Shown here: positions 1 to 10,190 of the stretch, piece after piece
Position numbering within the stretch: the stretch's first letter is position 1
Layout of the letters: each line of letters starts with the position of its first letter
Assembly: GCA_964016885.1 (NCBI GenBank)
Contig: OZ024741.1
Span: 95,108,001 to 95,172,000 of the forward strand
Direction: 5' to 3'
Source: Eledone cirrhosa
Lineage: Eukaryota
DNA length: 64,000 nt
Translations under genes and position numbers: made by a program
Notes under the pieces: model-generated
The model's input: only the letters and a program-made list of their open reading frames with translations
Databases searched by the model: none
What the model was told of the DNA's origin: nothing

Positions 1-54
1 TTATGTGGGCGGTTTTGTTCCATTAAACCAGGCAGTTTTGAGCAGATTGGCATC

Positions 55-121
55 AAAAGTATTAACTTTCCCCTGCACATAACATTGCTGGCCTTAGGCC
101 TAAATTAGAAATCATTATTAT
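55..121 (+). mobile_element. 3' tail fragment of SINE family A
   Basis: 'attgctggccttaggcctaaattagaaatcattatta' matches the 3' ends of the three SINE copies immediately downstream ('attgctggccttgtgcctaaagtagaaacaattatta'). Confidence 0.7.
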
Positions 122-304
122 ATTGGCAGTATCGGTAGAGGGTCGGACGCCATGCTTTCCAGCATAGTTATGTCCCTTTACGATCTGAGTTCAAATCCCG
201 CCGAGGTTGACTTTGCCTTTCATCCTTACGGGGTCGATAAAATAAAGTACCAGTAATGCACTGGGTAATTGCTGGCCTTGTGCCTAAAGTAGAAACAATT
301 ATTA
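122..304 (+). mobile_element. tRNA-derived SINE family A, copy 1
   Basis: It has a Pol III A-box-like TGGCAGTATCGG (124-135), a B-box-like GAGTTCAAATCCC (187-199), a central 'gcctttcatccttacggggtcgataaaataaagtaccag' resembling the Deu/Nin SINE domain, and an (ATT)n tail. Homologous to other copies in the window. Confidence 0.88.
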
Positions 305-520
305 TGGCAGTATTGGTAGAGCGTTGGACACCATGCTTTGCATCATAGAGTTGCGGCCCTTTATGGTCTGAGTTCAAATCACGTCGAGATTAACTTTGCC
401 TTTCATCCCTATGGGGTTGATAAAATGAAGTATCAGTCATGCATTGGGGTTGATTTAATTGCCTTTCTCCTCACCCTAAAAACTTGCTAGACTTGTGCCT
501 AAAGTATAAACAATTATTAT
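305..520 (+). mobile_element. tRNA-derived SINE family A, copy 2
   Basis: Same A/B boxes, central domain and tail as copy 1. It keeps an extra internal segment ('ggttgatttaattgcctttctcctcaccctaaaa') that copies 1 and 3 lack. Confidence 0.88.
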
Positions 521-535
521 ATTTATACCTTTACT

Positions 536-721
536 AGGGCGGTGGATTGGCAGTATCGGTAGAGGGTCGGACGCCATGCTTTGACGCATAGTTATGGCTC
601 TTGCCATTCTGAGTTCAAGTCCCGCCGAGGTTAACTTTGCCTTTCATCCTTATGGGGTCGATAAAATAAAGTACCAGTAATACACTGTGTAATTGCTGGC
701 CTTGTGCCAAAAGTAGAAACA
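536..721 (+). mobile_element. tRNA-derived SINE family A, copy 3, full length, with target-site duplication
   Basis: Starts 'agggcggtggattggcagtatcgg' and has B-box GAGTTCAAGTCCC. Flanked by the identical 20-mer attatatttatacctttact at 516-535 and 722-741. Confidence 0.9.
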
Positions 722-1215
722 ATTATATTTATACCTTTACTGTATAGGATGCAGATAGATTTTGAGATCATTTTTTTGTAAAAGAAGTTAATAGCAACAA
801 ATAATATTCTAACTGGTTTTGCTAATGAATATTATTATGTGTGTTTTTAGTAAATTTCTTTTTTTGAGTGGGTGGCAGTGGTGGTGATGGTAGGGGCTTG
901 TAAAAAAAAAAAATTCATTCAGATAAGTAGAGTTGTTGGCATTGTAGTTTAAAAAATATCCTTGAACTTATCAGTGGTTACAAATGTTGGCTGCTCTCAA
1001 ATTAATCTGGCACTTTTTGAATATTCTAATATTAGTTTACATGAAGATTTGAGTAGGCGAAAGGTTATCAGCAAAGAACCCCTACTTAGAAGAAACAATT
1101 GTCATAGTTTCTCTCTACACACAGAAAACATGGGAAATATTCCAGGCTGTTCGGCTGGTCAAAATGAAGGCAAACTATATATATATACAGAGAGAGATGG
1201 AGAGGGGGGGGGGGG

Positions 1216-1345
1216 GTGCATGGCTGTGTAGTTAAGGAATTCACTTTGCAATCACATGGTTCAAGTTTGATTCCATTGTGCAGTATCTTGGACAAGTTTC
1301 TTGTCTGGGCCTTGTGTGATAATTTGGTAGATGGAAACTGAGGGA
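1216..1345 (+). mobile_element. Degenerate tRNA-derived SINE family B
   Basis: The 'tggctgtgtagttaag...cttggacaag...atttggtagatggaaactga' segment aligns with the reverse complement of 4542-4693. tRNA-like head. Confidence 0.7.
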
Positions 1346-1469
1346 GTCAATCATTCATTCATACATTTTATGATAAGGGTGGTCACACACACAGTGTGTC
1401 TAGTCAGTGATCAAAAAGCACCCAGTCCATCCTGTAAGGTGGTAGTGCTTGAGCCATGGTAAAATGATT

Positions 1470-2058
1470 CCAATACACACTGTAAAGTGGTTGGTGTTAG
1501 GAAGGGCATCCAGCCATCGAAACCATGCTCCCAATACACGCTGTAAAGTGGTTGGTGTTAGGAAGGGCATCCAGCCATAGAAACCATGCTCCCAATACAC
1601 ACTGTAAAGTGGTTGGTGTTGGAAAGGGCATCCAACCATAGAAACCATGCTCCCAATACACACTGTAAAGTGGTTGGTGTTGGAAAGGGCATCCAGCCAT
1701 AGAAACTATGCTCCCAATACACGCTGTAAAATGGTTGGTGTTAGGAAGGGCATCCAACCATAGAAACCATGCTCCCAATACACACTGTAAAATGGTTGGT
1801 GTTGGAAAGGGCATCCAGCCATAGAAACCATGCTCCCAATACACGCTGTAAAATGGTTGGTGTTAGGAAGGGCATCCAACCATAGAAACCATGCTCCCAA
1901 TACACACTATAAAGTGGTTGGTGTTGGAAAGGGCATCCAACCATAGAAACCATGCTCCCAATACACACTATAAAGTGGTTGGTGTTGGAAAGGGCATCCA
2001 ACCATAGAAACCATGCTCCCAATACACACTGTAAAATGGTTGGTGTTGGAAAGGGCAT
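1470..2058. repeat. 61-bp minisatellite, ~9.7 copies
   Basis: Unit ccaatacacactgtaaagtggttggtgttaggaagggcatccagccatagaaaccatgctc starts at 1470, 1531, 1592, 1653, 1714, 1775, 1836, 1897, 1958 and 2019 (last one partial). Confidence 0.97.
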
Positions 2059-2106
2059 TCATTTGCAGTAACCATTCCAAAATGAAGCATATGAGCAGGA
2101 CCTAGT

Positions 2107-2123
2107 CACACACACACACACAC
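2107..2123. repeat. Short (CA)n microsatellite
   Basis: Visible CA run. Confidence 0.85.
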
Positions 2124-2224
2124 ATATATGAATTTTTCCAAAAAATATGTGTGAGCTGATCTCATAAGAGAGGGTAGAGAGAACTCTTCAGTCACTTCAA
2201 GACATGACAACATTTGTAGTGCTG

Positions 2225-2371
2225 TTGCCATAATAAAACATCCAGTACACTTCATTAAAATGGTTGTCATTAGGGAGGACACTTGTTCATAGAAACCGTG
2301 TCAAAATGGAATGTTTTGAGCAATGTTTTGCCTGCATGGAAAAAAAATGGCCATTTGATGATGGTGATGAT
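2225..2371 (+). mobile_element. Degenerate short retroposon, family C (non-autonomous, RTE-like tail)
   Basis: 'ccagtacacttcattaaaatggttgtcattagggaggacac...atagaaaccgtg' is a diverged single copy of the 61-bp unit. It ends in 'gcatggaaaa...tgatgatggtgatga'. Confidence 0.6.
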
Positions 2372-2454
2372 TTATACAATGTAACTGCTGGATAATATTG
2401 AGGAATTTATAAAGAAATAGAAATTAAAAGTCTATAAAACTGTAATCTAATATT

Positions 2455-2657
2455 TATTTCTAAATAAGGCACAAATCCAGTAAATTTGGTGGATGACAAA
2501 ATTCGATTAAATTGACTTCAGTACTTGACTGGTTCTTTATTTTATCGACCCTGGTAGAATGAAAAGCAAAGGATTTTAACTCAGAATGTAGAGGGTCATA
2601 ACTAAATGCTACAAAGCATTTTGTCTGATGCTCTAATATCTTTGCCAATTCACCACC
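2455..2657 (-). mobile_element. SINE family A, diverged minus-strand copy
   Basis: The reverse complement reads 'ggtggtgaattggcaaag...ctgagtt...ctttgcttttcattc...gggtcgataaaataaagaaccagtc...ttgtgcctta', collinear with the copies at 122-721. Confidence 0.82.
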
Positions 2658-2730
2658 ATGTTATGTAATCTAATAGTGACAGCCCTTTGGCTGAAACTAG
2701 TGAAAAGAAAAAGGAAAAGAGTATATTTAA

Positions 2731-2943
2731 CCCTTTAGCATTTACATTACTCTATATTTACTATTGTATTTTCATGGTAAAGGCTTTACCTCACATAATA
2801 TCTCACCTAATATCAAATCTATGAGATTTTGATAGTATTTATTTTGAGAACAATACCTTAATGTCAGTATGACTGGCTGGTTACAGCCGGTTTTAACAGA
2901 AAGAGGTGAGAGAATTATGGCCTGATACGCCCGGTTTAAAGGG
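2731..2943 (+). mobile_element. MITE-like DNA element family M1 (piggyBac-like, TTAA-flanked)
   Basis: TTAA at 2727-2730 and 2944-2947. Ends are CCCTTTAGCATTTA...TAAAGGG, with the right TIR missing 'tgctaaa'. The body matches 6361-6578 and the reverse complement of 8350-8546. Confidence 0.85.
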
Positions 2944-3250
2944 TTAAAGGATATATTTTATTGATTACATTTAAGAAATTTACTTACATTACAGCTAAGC
3001 TTGTATTTTTCAAAGCCATTAGACTATTAAAAAAAATCCCCCTGCATTCACTATTTCATTTCATCTTCTTGGTGATAGAAAGAATATACAACTGTAGAAA
3101 AAACTAACAAAAAAAAAACAAAAACAAAAAGGGACTAACAGACAGACATGTAGAAGTATATTTTTTTGTAGACTTTTTCATGGATGTAAAACTGATGATA
3201 GTGCTGGTGGTACTGCCTTGTTATTGTTGTAGTCCTTACATTTTATTTAG

Positions 3251-3548
3251 TTCCCTCCCCCTCCCCTTCTCTCCCTTCCCTCCATTCTCCTCATCCCCTT
3301 CTCCCCCTTCCCTCCATTCTCCCCATCCTTCCCCCTACCCCATCATCTTCTCTTCATCTCCTCCCCCTCCCCTCTCCTCCTCTTCTCCCCATCTCCTCTT
3401 CTCTCTTCCTTCTTTCCTCCTCATCCCTTCCTCCTCTTCTCTCCCTCCTCTTTTCCTTCTCTTCTCTCCTTCCTCCTCTTCTCTTCCTTCTCTTCTCTCC
3501 TCCTCCTCTCTTTCTCCTCTCCCCTCCTCCTCTCTTTCTCCTCCTCCA
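3251..3548. repeat. Polypyrimidine (CT-rich) low-complexity tract
   Basis: About 300 bp almost entirely C/T on the + strand. It explains the S/P/L-rich and E/R/G-rich ORFs. Confidence 0.95.
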
Positions 3549-4126
3549 TTGCTGGGGAGATATAGCCTCATAAACATTTCATGGGATATTAAAAATCTGT
3601 ATTATGCCATAATATTATGCAATATAATAAATTTTATACCATCTTTGAAAACCTGCAAACTAACTATAAGTAGTTTCTGTTTTCATTTGATCCGTAATCT
3701 AAAGAGCTAAATGGAAGTAGTTAGTACACTTCCATAGATTTTTCTCATCCATAATAGATCTGGAAATGATGAGCAGGCTGGTCTGTAGTAGTTAGGAAGT
3801 AGGTAGTGGCTAAGGATAGTTAAAGATATAAAGCTGGAGTGAGGCTAGTGCATTTAAAGTTAAAATTTTAATTATTGCAAAATCCTGAATGTTTAGTCTG
3901 TGACAATAAACAACATTGTCGATGGATGGACATGATTTCTTAGAGTATTATCTTAATAGGATTATAACTTGCAGCAGCATGAGATGTGAATTCATTGTGG
4001 TAATGATGGAACAATTCTAACCAAGATAGCGTGCATATGAAAAAGGTAAATTGCTAGGGATAGTATCATTGAAGCAAATTAATTACCAACTAACCTGAAG
4101 AAATAGGTCTTTTTTGTAGTAATATA

Positions 4127-4355
4127 TTCTTTTATTGGTTTCATTCATTGGATCGTGGCCATGCTGGAACACTGCTTTTACATTGTAGGTTTAATTGACC
4201 ATATCAACCCCAATACTTGAAATTTATTTTTAAAATGTTTTCTTTGAACAACTGGGTTTTATTATATTGATCTGTTGAATGGCTAAATTACAAGACATAA
4301 ACAACACTGGTTGTTAAGTAATGTAAACCTAATAACAGACAGACACACACACACA
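4127..4355 (-). mobile_element. Degenerate interspersed repeat, possibly the 3' half of SINE family B
   Basis: 'ggtttcattcattggatcgtggccatgctggaacactgc...atcaaccccaatactt...acataaacaacactggttgttaag' followed by (CA)n. It resembles an abundant octopus repeat from memory; no second copy is in this window. Confidence 0.5.
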
Positions 4356-4509
4356 TATATTTTGACAGTCGATCGACAAGATCCCAGACCCCAGACCTCA
4401 TTCACTTAATGAGTGGGGTGCAGCTTGTGCAATTGGACCGAGGAAACAATGTTTCCATTGGTCTCTTTTGAATTGCTAATACTATCTGGTGGTCGCAAAT
4501 CCAGTGATA

Positions 4510-4571
4510 TCTGAGTGATATTTGCTAGACAGAAACTCTACAGAGTTTCTGTCTACCAAATATAACTCAGA
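4510..4571. repeat. Inverted repeat, 30-bp arms, 2-nt spacer
   Basis: 4510-4539 tctgagtgatatttgctagacagaaactct pairs with 4542-4571 agagtttctgtctaccaaatataactcaga at 28/30 positions. Confidence 0.93.
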
Positions 4572-4693
4572 AGAAATGTATCAATTTGATGCTATAGTAG
4601 AAGGCACAAAAACACATGTGTCCAAGGTGGTATACAGTGGGACTGAATCTGAAAAGATGATTACAAAGCAAACTTCTTAACTATACATGTACT
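4542..4693 (-). mobile_element. SINE family B, tRNA-like head, minus strand
   Basis: The reverse complement 'tatagttaagaagtttgctttgtaatca...ttcagtcccactg...ccttggacac...atttggtagacagaaact' aligns with 1216-1345. Confidence 0.72.
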
Positions 4694-4802
4694 TACATCT
4701 GCAATTTTATATTAATTCTTAATTTTAGTTGATTCTGCCCTCTCCCTTATTCTACTTTCTTTTTTATTATTTAATTATTTTAATTTTTGGTAGCATATGT
4801 AT

Positions 4803-5236
4803 TGGTGTCAGGATAAAATGCATCCAATACACTCTATAAAGTGGTTGGTATTTGGAAGGGCATCCAGTTGTCAAAATGAAACGTATTTGATTGAGATGGG
4901 GTCCCCCAACAAGACTTCCAGCTGTTAAAACCTTACCAAAATAGAATGTATCTGACTGAGATAAGCCCCCCCCCCACACACACACACACACCAAGGCACT
5001 CATCTGTAGAAACCTGACCAAAATGGAAAGTATCTAAGCAATAGGTTGTCCCACAACAAGGCCCCCAGCTCTAGAAACCTTGCCAAAATGGAATGTATCT
5101 CAGCAAGAAGGAGTCCCCCAACCTTTATAAGGAAGATAGCAGCTCCTGTTAAGTACTAACTTTTCCTGTAATGACCCCCACCAACCCATGTCAGCATTGA
5201 AAAACAAACATAAAATTATGATGGTAATGATGATGT
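4803..5236 (+). mobile_element. Short retroposon family C with internal degenerate tandem repeats and RTE-like tail
   Basis: The 5' part 'ccaatacactctataaagtggttggtatttggaagggcatccag' equals the 61-bp unit. The motif 'ccagct..agaaacctt.ccaaaatggaatgtatct' recurs 3-4 times in 4861-5123. The tail is 'ccaacccatgtcagcattgaaaa...(tga)n'. Confidence 0.7.
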
Positions 5237-5635
5237 AATTTGCATTTTTTTAAAAGAATTCCAGCTTGGTCCAGCTTTTACTTGCCTTGCATCGAAACTG
5301 AACAACTGTCATCCCGTGTCAAGAAAAGATGAGTAATATTTGCTGTGCAACTCTTTCCATTGCACACACACATGCATCATACATATGCACATACATGTAC
5401 ACACATGCACATACACTTGACTCTTCATACAGGATACAGGTTATCTTGCATGTATGAACAGAAAGCTCTTTAATGATTACCATTATACAGAAACCTCCAG
5501 AAGCTCTTTATACCACTCTTATAGACCTTAACTGCCATGCTAACATTGCATCCATCTCTTAACATTGATCAAGTTACCAAGGTAACATTACTTACATACT
5601 GTCTCTCTGTAGCAGAGGCCTGGCTTTGTAGATGG

Positions 5636-5830
<195 letters not shown>

Positions 5831-6360
5831 ACTGAGCAGATTATTTTCGTTTCATTAATTCTCTGTTAGTGTTTCAGATCTTTAACTACTATTGTTCAAG
5901 TTTCACTGGACATGAAATCTACCTGTTGCATTATCCACAAAAGATGACTGACTACTCACTACACTTTCTTTCTTTTTTTTATTTGTATTATTGACTGGAC
6001 ACATTCTCTTTTATGTCAGGCCTTTTCATCTGAGAACGATATTTACTTTCAAATCTTTTGAAGTGTGTGTTTCCACATCTCAAGCTCCTCCCAAGGCTCT
6101 TGCACTCAGAAATAACAAAGAAATCATCTTTGGTGCACTAATATTCATCGAAATATGTATGGATCGGCTATTTTTTATATTTTCTAGATTCCTCTAAGAT
6201 GTACCCTTTGTTCTCACCTAGTATTTTAAATTACACACCAAACTAAATTACTAGACTTTAAACCAAACCCTGTAAACTCTGCTTCTTATAGGAGTTTTTG
6301 CACCAAAATAACATAAAACTCTTCAGCAGGAGAAACAAAACCTGATAGCATCTCCCTTAA

Positions 6361-6578
6361 ACCTTTAGCATTTACATTACTCTCTATTTACTATTGTATT
6401 TTCATGGTAAAGGCATCTCACATAATTATTTCACATAATATTGAATCTAAGAGATTTTGATGTTATTTATTTTGAGAACAATACCTTAACATCAGTATGA
6501 GTGGCCAGTTATGGTCGGTTTGAACAGAAAGAGGTGAGAGGATTTGGACCGGATACAACCAGTTTAAATGCTAAAGGG
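6361..6578 (+). mobile_element. MITE-like element family M1
   Basis: TTAA at 6357-6360 and 6579-6582. TIRs are (a)cctttagcattta / taaatgctaaaggg. The body matches 2731-2943. Confidence 0.88.
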
Positions 6579-6582
6579 TTAA

Positions 6583-6789
6583 TCTTGATACCAAACCACC
6601 TGAAACCACTCCTGCTTCTAGTGTTTATATCTATCTACAAAACCTTTCTTCATAATTTTATGTCCATTAAATACCAGTTTAATGGCAAAGTTAGTTATAT
6701 TACTAAATCCCTTCAAATTCTTGATTATTTTTTAAATGATTTGAAAATCATGGGAAGTTGTTTTCATTAGAAATATGGTAATAAAAGGG
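6583..6789 (+). mobile_element. MITE-like element family M2 (degenerate)
   Basis: Shares 'agttatattactaaatcccttcaaattcttgattatttt' and the end 'ttttcattagaaatatggtaataaaaggg' with 8547-8731. It begins right after the M1 TTAA. Confidence 0.65.
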
Positions 6790-6891
6790 TTCTTTTTTTA
6801 AATATTAAATCAGCTATGAAATTACCCTTTCTCTAACCTTTATTATTTCAAGGCAGTTAATTCCTATTTTTGGCTGGTCTCATAGTTACTG

Positions 6892-6892
6892 A

Positions 6893-6929
<37 letters not shown>

Positions 6930-6951
6930 AATATTGATGATGATGATGATG
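6892..6951. repeat. (ATT)n then (GAT)n microsatellite
   Basis: Visible trinucleotide runs. Confidence 0.92.
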
Positions 6952-7974
6952 TTCTTCTGATTTCTGTGTTGATTGTCTATTAAAGGAAAAAAAAAACAAA
7001 AAAAGAACGCCCCTCATCCCACCTATCACATCCTCCTGTCTTTTTGTTTCTTTCTTTACTTTTATGTTTTGTTTTGTTTCGTTTTGTTTGTGTTAGTTTC
7101 AGATTTTCTATTGTATCTTAGATGCAGTTGCTAATGGTTACCAGACCTGTTATCTTTATTGTCAGAATATGCTTAGAGTTGTGGAATTGATTTTTTTTTT
7201 ATACCTAAACAGGTAAACAAAATCAATGGATTATCAATTAGGCTGTTGAAACTACTGACAACTGATCTCTATTTCCAGAGTGGTTCTTAGCTGTTATGGT
7301 AATTTTTATGGTTTGATACTGGTGAGAGGCTAGAGTTTTTTTTTTACCATATAAGAACAAAATAGGAAATATTTATTTATTTATTAATTTATTTATTAAG
7401 CGATTTTAACAAAAGATAATTCTCTCTTTAAGTTTTTGTTGTTATTTGTCCAGGCCTAAAATGGAACACTGTGTTATTAAAGTATTAGTTTTTATTGCTT
7501 CGTCCTTCCTTTTTGTCTGTCTTTAAAGAATCGCCAGATGTGTTTTTTAGAGTTTATTCTATTCTATTCATAAGGTCGGAATATATTCATTGAAGAGAAG
7601 TCAAAGTATTACAGAATAAAATGAATAGTTTTTTTTTGTTGTTGTTGAAAGAAAACATTTATTTATTTAAAATAAACACAAATTTAACTTTTTTTTTCAT
7701 TAGGTTGTATTTTACATGAATGATTCATGTTTTTTAAATGTTTATCTGTGAATATAACTGAATTCATGTCTATGTGAGTCTGTTTTCATGTGAGTGTGTG
7801 AGTAATTGTGTGTGTGTGTATTTAATAAGTTACACAATTCAGTATTTAGATGTACTTCTAACAGTGTGAATATAATAGTGAAAATAATAGGATGGAAAGG
7901 AAAAAAGTGTGGAAAGATTAATGAATGAGAAAAGGATGAAAAGAAAATTGAATAGCTTTGAGAAGAACTATAAG

Positions 7975-7977
<3 letters not shown>

Positions 7978-8062
<85 letters not shown>
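7978..8062. repeat. (CA)n microsatellite, ~42 units
   Basis: Near-perfect CA run with one CG interruption. Confidence 0.97.
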
Positions 8063-8063
<1 letters not shown>

Positions 8064-8349
8064 AAGGAATAGAAAATACAAGAGTTCAAAAGTGGTTAAA
8101 GCTCTTTGGTTTGTTTCAAAATTTTCCCAAGTCATTTCAATGAATGGTGGGAAAGAATTTGATGGTTGGTAGCTAGAGTAAAAGAATTTACATGAATCAG
8201 ACTTTGCTTGTTGACAGGCTGAAATTTTGAATCTGCAAACCTCTGTCATTTTGTGGGTGTTTGTGTCTGGGGGATTGTTTTTAAAATTTGTCACAAGTTT
8301 ATTAGTTTTATATTTATTTGTCACAAGTCTGCAGTGAGCAATTATTTAA

Positions 8350-8546
8350 CCCTTTAGCATCTAAACCAGCCGTATCTGCCCAGAGTTATCTCACCTCTTT
8401 CTGTTTAATTCGGCTATAACTAGCTGCTCATACTGATGTTAAGGTATTGTTCTCAAAATAAATAACATCAATTTGATATTATGTGAGGTAAAGCCTTTAC
8501 TATGAAAATACAATAGTATATATAGAGTACTGTAAATGCTAAAGGG
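8350..8546 (-). mobile_element. MITE-like element family M1, inverted orientation
   Basis: TTAA at 8346-8349. Ends are ccctttagcatcta / taaatgctaaaggg. The body is the reverse complement of the 2731 and 6361 copies. Confidence 0.85.
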
Positions 8547-8731
8547 TGACATTAACCTGCTTAAAATCACCCCTAATTCTACAATACAAAGCTGTATATT
8601 TTAAAATATATTTATTTAAAAAAAAACCTTGATAATGAGAATGTCAGTTATATTATTAAATCCTTTCAAATTCTTGATTATTTTCAAAATTATAGGCAAT
8701 GCTTTTCACTAGAAGTATGGTAACGAAAGAG
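8547..8731 (+). mobile_element. MITE-like element family M2 (degenerate)
   Basis: Homologous to 6583-6789. Ends 'tagaagtatggtaacgaaagag' followed by TTAA (8732-8735). Confidence 0.65.
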
Positions 8732-8735
8732 TTAA

Positions 8736-8963
8736 CACTTTGTTAGCATATTTCTAATGAAAAACAGTGCCTATGATTTCAAATATTCTTGAAAATAATC
8801 CAAGCTGTCTCATTATTAAGTTGGTGTTTAGAAAGCATAGCTTGACAAAGTGTCTTACATAAAATTATGATGGAAGCCTTTCAGATGAATATAAATATTT
8901 AAAATCAAACAGTTTTGTATCATAGACCTATGGGCAGTTTCAAGCAATTTGATATTAAAACAG
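8736..8963 (-). mobile_element. MITE-like element family M2, inverted orientation
   Basis: Starts 'cactttgttagcatatttctaatgaaaaaca', the reverse complement of the M2 end. Bounded by TTAA at 8732-8735 and 8964-8967. Confidence 0.62.
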
Positions 8964-9333
8964 TTAAACCAGTGCTAAGTACACATTTTTGGAGGCAAGC
9001 TGAATTCAAAATGTTTTTATGTCTTGCAGGCGAAGGTGAAAAATAATGAAGCCATGATTATATAAGGCTATGGAAATGGCTGGCTTTTTTAATTACTATA
9101 ATATTTTTCATTATAAGCTTTAATGGAGAATAAAATAAAATGTTTATCACCAGTGATATAAAGAATAACCAAAAGAGCAGGCATTTTTTAATATCATAAC
9201 ATTGTTTAATTACATTAATAAAAATATTTCTTTCGCTAAGTCACAGCAGGCTCTGAAAATTAAGACAGAATAATGTATATGAATGAATTAGAACAGTGAA
9301 AATATCACAAACATTGTATTATCCAAAGATTGA

Positions 9334-9523
9334 ATTCTAATTTAGGCACAAGGGCAGCACATTTTGGTGGGTAGGACAAAATTAATTAAATCAACCCCAG
9401 TACTTGGGTTGGTAATTTATTTTAGTGACCCTGGAAGGATGGAATCAGAGTTGACCTCAGCGGGATTTGAACTCAATGCCAATAGCATTTTATCCAAGAC
9501 TAACGATTCTGCCAATTCACTCC
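9334..9523 (-). mobile_element. SINE family A, diverged minus-strand copy
   Basis: The reverse complement has 'gaattggcagaatcgttag', B-box 'gagttcaaatcccgctgaggtcaact', 'ccatccttccagggtc.ctaaaataaattacc' and the tail 'cttgtgcctaaattagaa'. Confidence 0.85.
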
Positions 9524-9767
9524 TCTGTTAACCAATGATTGATAATGAAAACAAAAAAATGTTTGTATCCAACATCTCATATTCAATGAAATCAACAGTT
9601 GGTATTAAATGAAACTGCAAGCCAAATTTGACCCTATAACTAAGGTTTACTGAACCTTGCTTTAAAAATCAAAGACTTCCTTACATTTCTCTGCATCTGT
9701 CTGCCAGTTTCCGTGACTACATTGGTTGTTATAATAGACTTCTTTCAATTATTTAATCTACTTTATT

Positions 9768-10190
9768 ATTTACATCTGTTCTTACATGCTTGCATGGATT
9801 GGATGTGTCATCTCTAGCACAGCTTCTATCCACTTGTCATGTTCCTTTGTCATTTTCTTTATGAGATTCATTATCTTGAAATCTATTTCACCCCTTCTGC
9901 CAAAGTATTCCTTGGTCTATCACGACTACATTTTCCTTTGACTTGGAACATTTGGCACTTTTCCTCTCAATGATCACCATCCAATATGCATTATTTGTCC
10001 ATACCGTTGCAATCTTCTCTCTGGCACACTACATTTGATTCCTCCTATATTCAGCTTTTTACTCAGCTCATCTGTGCTTTATTGTTTCTGCGCATTAACA
10101 TTACATATCTAATGGAACATTCAATGCCTATGTCTCACAAGCTGCTATTTACATGTTTTATAGAATGGTATAATGCTAACATTACAGTTT
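9768..10190 (-). mobile_element. Decayed RTE-clade LINE 3' end (ORF C-terminus and tail)
   Basis: Manual minus-strand translation with stops and two frameshifts gives CET*ALN..., DELSKKLNIGGIKCSVPERRLQRYGQIMH / DGDH*EEKCQMFQVKGKCSRDRPRNTLAEGVK / DFKIMNLIKKMTKEHDKWIEAVLEMTHPIHASM*. This matches the RTE post-RT motifs ETW, RRLRWxGHxxR and GRPRxxW. Confidence 0.8.

Noticed and set aside
122-721. tRNA genes suggested by A/B boxes
   Set aside because: No cloverleaf is evident. The boxes are SINE heads followed by SINE body and tail.
1400-2058. Overlapping W/C-rich minus-strand ORFs
   Set aside because: They are by-products of the 61-bp repeat. The same peptide cycles through all three frames and the unit is TE-derived.
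1470-2058. Ribozyme-containing tandem repeat (retrozyme-like)
   Set aside because: By eye I found no hammerhead core (CUGANGA...GAAA) in the 61-bp unit or the 43-bp monomer on either strand. A covariance-model search was not run.
3180-3710. 176-aa S/P/L-rich and 80-aa E/R/G-rich ORFs
   Set aside because: They are translations of the CT-rich low-complexity tract.
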